A stretch of 54,219 nucleotides of DNA, from positions 1 to 54,219 of IMG/VR virus record IMGVR_UViG_3300037493_001441. One strand, 5' to 3'. Both the position numbers and the translations under genes were made by a program. The DNA is from a virus. Its lineage: Duplodnaviria; Caudoviricetes. Positions 53,199-54,219 of the stretch are shown here, one piece after another (position 1 is the first letter of the stretch; every line of letters starts with the position of its first letter). A model generated the notes under the pieces. That model was given only the letters and a program-made list of their open reading frames with translations. It did no database searches and had not been told where the DNA came from.

Positions 53199-53767
53199 CA
53201 CAACGAGGAAGCATCGCACTGGCGCGGAGCCTGTGCTATCAGATCGCCGGTGCAGCAGATGAGCGAGATGACTTGAGTGGCGCTGGCTACGGCAGTGTAG
53301 ACATCGCTGAGATATTGAGCGCGGAAGTCTTGAGACTGCAAGCAGCGCAAGCACAGGCGGCAGTGGAGCCAGCAGATCGTATTCCCGACGCCGGGGAAAC
53401 GATGCCAGTGGTGTACATCAGGCGTGACCAGTTGCAGAAGGCTCAAACACAAGCGTTGTTGTGTGAGGTTACTCCTGAGGCGCGGCAGGACAGAATTGCG
53501 ATCTACACATCACCACCGGACGCTCTGAAGTTTCGCCCGGATTGGAGTGGCGTTGAAGTGCTGGCAGAAGAACTGCGGGAAGCTCAGGAGGTTATGCGGC
53601 TGGCGCTGGAGGCTTTGCATAACTCGCTGCCAGTAGGCACAGACCCAGTGGCAATCTGCGCACGTCATGATGCGGCAATAGCGGCGCTTGAGGAGTTGGC
53701 GAGCCATTTAACTGACTCGATACGCGCATTGATCGACACAAATTTAACCACTGGAGAAATTAAATGA
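53195..53767 (+). CDS. Mosaic hypothetical protein
   Basis: Coupled ORF. Confidence 0.55.
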   Translation: MTQRGSIALARSLCYQIAGAADERDDLSGAGYGSVDIAEILSAEVLRLQAAQAQAAVEPADRIPDAGETMPVVYIRRDQLQKAQTQALLCEVTPEARQDRIAIYTSPPDALKFRPDWSGVEVLAEELREAQEVMRLALEALHNSLPVGTDPVAICARHDAAIAALEELASHLTDSIRALIDTNLTTGEIK

Positions 53768-54135
53768 ACTTAGATGACCTGACTATCGGACAAGCAAAAG
53801 AACTAGCTATGCTTTTCACCCAAGCAGGCACTGCGCCTGCGACAAACCCTGTCCATCCGTTTGTCGGAAAGTACGTCATTGCACGTTGCTATTCCGCAGG
53901 TGTACATGCTGGTGAAGTCGTGATCGTAGACGGTGAAAACGTCATCCTCAAAGACTCCCGCCGCTTGTGGAGTTGGAAAGCAAAAGACGGGATAGCACTT
54001 TCCGGTGTCGCGCAGAACGGATTGCAGTCCGAAGGAAAAGTTGACACGCTAAATCCAGAGATTGCACTGACAGGGGTATGTGAGTTAATCCCATGCAGCG
54101 TGAAAGCGCGGGAGTCTATTGATGGCTTCAAATAA
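53764..54135 (+). CDS. DUF6948-like protein, partner of the Gly-repeat gene
   Basis: VGKYVIARCYSAGVHAGEV...LKDSRRLWSW.......LSGVA..G. Confidence 0.7.
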   Translation: MNLDDLTIGQAKELAMLFTQAGTAPATNPVHPFVGKYVIARCYSAGVHAGEVVIVDGENVILKDSRRLWSWKAKDGIALSGVAQNGLQSEGKVDTLNPEIALTGVCELIPCSVKARESIDGFK

Positions 54136-54186
54136 AATTTTTACCGATGGCGATGGCTATGGCTATGGCGATGGCTCTGGCTATGG
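54061..54186 (+). repeat. End overlap identical to bases 1-126 (circular assembly)
   Basis: Base-by-base identity for 126 nt; 54181-54219 then matches 229-267 instead of 121-159. Confidence 0.95.
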
Positions 54187-54219
54187 CGATGGCTCTGGCG
54201 ATGGTGCTGGCTATGGCGA

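Larger units (their letters stand above)
1..54219. mobile_element. Complete or near-complete tailed phage genome (podovirus-like virion module, lambdoid-like early region)
   Basis: terS/terL, portal, capsid, tail fibre, lysis, DnaB and recombination genes; no host housekeeping genes; end overlap indicates a circular assembly. Confidence 0.95.

Noticed and set aside
54118-54140. Programmed +1 frameshift fusing the DUF6948-like and Gly-repeat ORFs (TTC AAA TAA)
   Set aside because: No convincing slippery site; a separate ATG with upstream GGAG explains the second ORF
54061-54186. Physical direct terminal repeat
   Set aside because: It falls mid-gene and ends in a tandem repeat, which better fits an assembly overlap of a circular or permuted genome

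Overview
This window looks like the complete genome of a tailed dsDNA phage, about 54.06 kb, circularly permuted: bases 1-126 recur at 54061-54186 and the contig breaks inside a Gly-Tyr/Asp repeat gene. The virion genes are podovirus-like (no tape measure, tube or sheath recognised), and the host is probably a proteobacterium (inference). Two arms diverge from about 46.8-47.1 kb. The plus arm (47.2 kb through the end and on to 3.3 kb) carries a Sak4-like ATPase, SSB-like and Gp157-like recombination genes, an RNAP alpha-CTD homolog, NinB/NinX-like genes, an Ntn-hydrolase and many small ORFs. The minus arm carries a replication initiator with an inserted HNH, DnaB, RusA, NinB and Ref, then terS/terL, portal, a fibre/decoration block, GroES, scaffold, major capsid, adaptors, tail fibre, lysis genes and ejection proteins. 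No integrase or CI-type repressor is recognisable. The main unexplained signals are: (i) two recurring peptide motifs in late, low-complexity proteins, terminal G[AP]L[TS][QRKY] and [YF]xxGGxV, which suggest a cargo-loading or processing code; (ii) a roughly 400 nt highly structured non-coding region with a terminator/anti-terminator switch at 39.85-40.26 kb; (iii) two divergent promoter-cargo-HTH cassettes sharing a TAGG-N7/8-CCTA box; (iv) a conserved GCCCTATAATT late-promoter motif; and (v) a length-polymorphic Gly-X repeat gene. All family assignments come from motif recognition by eye; no searches were run.
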